Positions 63,555-64,000 of a DNA stretch of 64,000 nucleotides are shown here, in pieces (within the stretch, counting starts at the first letter, position 1; each line of letters starts with the position of its first letter). Under the pieces are notes generated by a model. The model made no database searches. It saw only the letters and a list, made by a program, of their open reading frames with translations, and was not told the DNA's origin. The DNA comes from Podarcis bocagei (Eukaryota). Position numbers and translations under genes: made by a program. The stretch lies in the NCBI GenBank assembly GCA_964188305.1, contig OZ076886.1. The stretch is one strand, 5' to 3'.

Positions 63555-63751
63555 TCCTGTGGCACCTGGAGGTCAAAGAAATGCATTGTGGCGTAAGCTT
63601 CTGCAGACCAGTGCCACTTGTCAAATACTTGGAATTGTCATCCTGAGTTGGCAGAGGTGCATGTGTGTATGTCTGCCAGCTGAAAACAACACTTTTCCGG
63701 GCCATGAAAGCTCATGGCACGCTGTATTTACTAATCCTTAAGATGCCACAG
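63555..63751. mobile_element. Palindromic Penelope-derived element
   Basis: CTGTGGCACC..GTGGCGTAAGCTT / AAAGCTCATGGCAC..AGATGCCACAG arms. Confidence 0.5.
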
Positions 63752-64000
63752 CTGATTTTACTATTGGTTAGCACAACATGTTGTGGCTATGTGTGTCCCA
63801 CTTCCCTGAGCAGTGAGAACTGCCTGGGTTTGATTTCATTTGGAAGGAGGGATCACTGGATACATAAGGTGCTTTGTAACAGAGTTTACTTACAGATTTG
63901 TAGAATTCATAGATAGGTAGGTTGAGCAGAGGTGGTCGTGGACAGCTTAAACAGCAACCCTACATCAGATCTGTAGCAAGGAACACTTGCCCACTCACCA

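Overview
Vertebrate genomic DNA from a squamate reptile, most likely a lacertid lizard. This is inferred from the repeat content: a Sauria SINE with a lacertid-type head, BovB, and reptilian CR1/L2. The whole window lies inside one minus-strand gene, DOCK2 (or a very close DOCK2-like paralogue), a DOCK-A family Rac GEF. I recovered 25 consecutive coding exons, equivalent to human exons 2-26. All have GT-AG introns and splice in frame into an uninterrupted 2645-nt ORF (about 882 codons) covering the SH3 domain, ELMO-binding helices, N-terminal C2, DHR-1 and the start of the ARM region. Exon 1 lies beyond the right edge; exons 27 onward, including DHR-2, lie beyond the left edge. The introns contain many mobile-element remnants and microsatellites. 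I found no convincing novel protein-coding system. The best leads are: inverted MITE copies bracketing exon blocks (possible circRNA or exon skipping), a perfect 42-bp long-range inverted repeat, an SH3 pocket Tyr-to-Ser change with an open orthology question, and an unclassified retroposed ORF remnant with acidic repeats. Human comparisons are from memory, not from a search.
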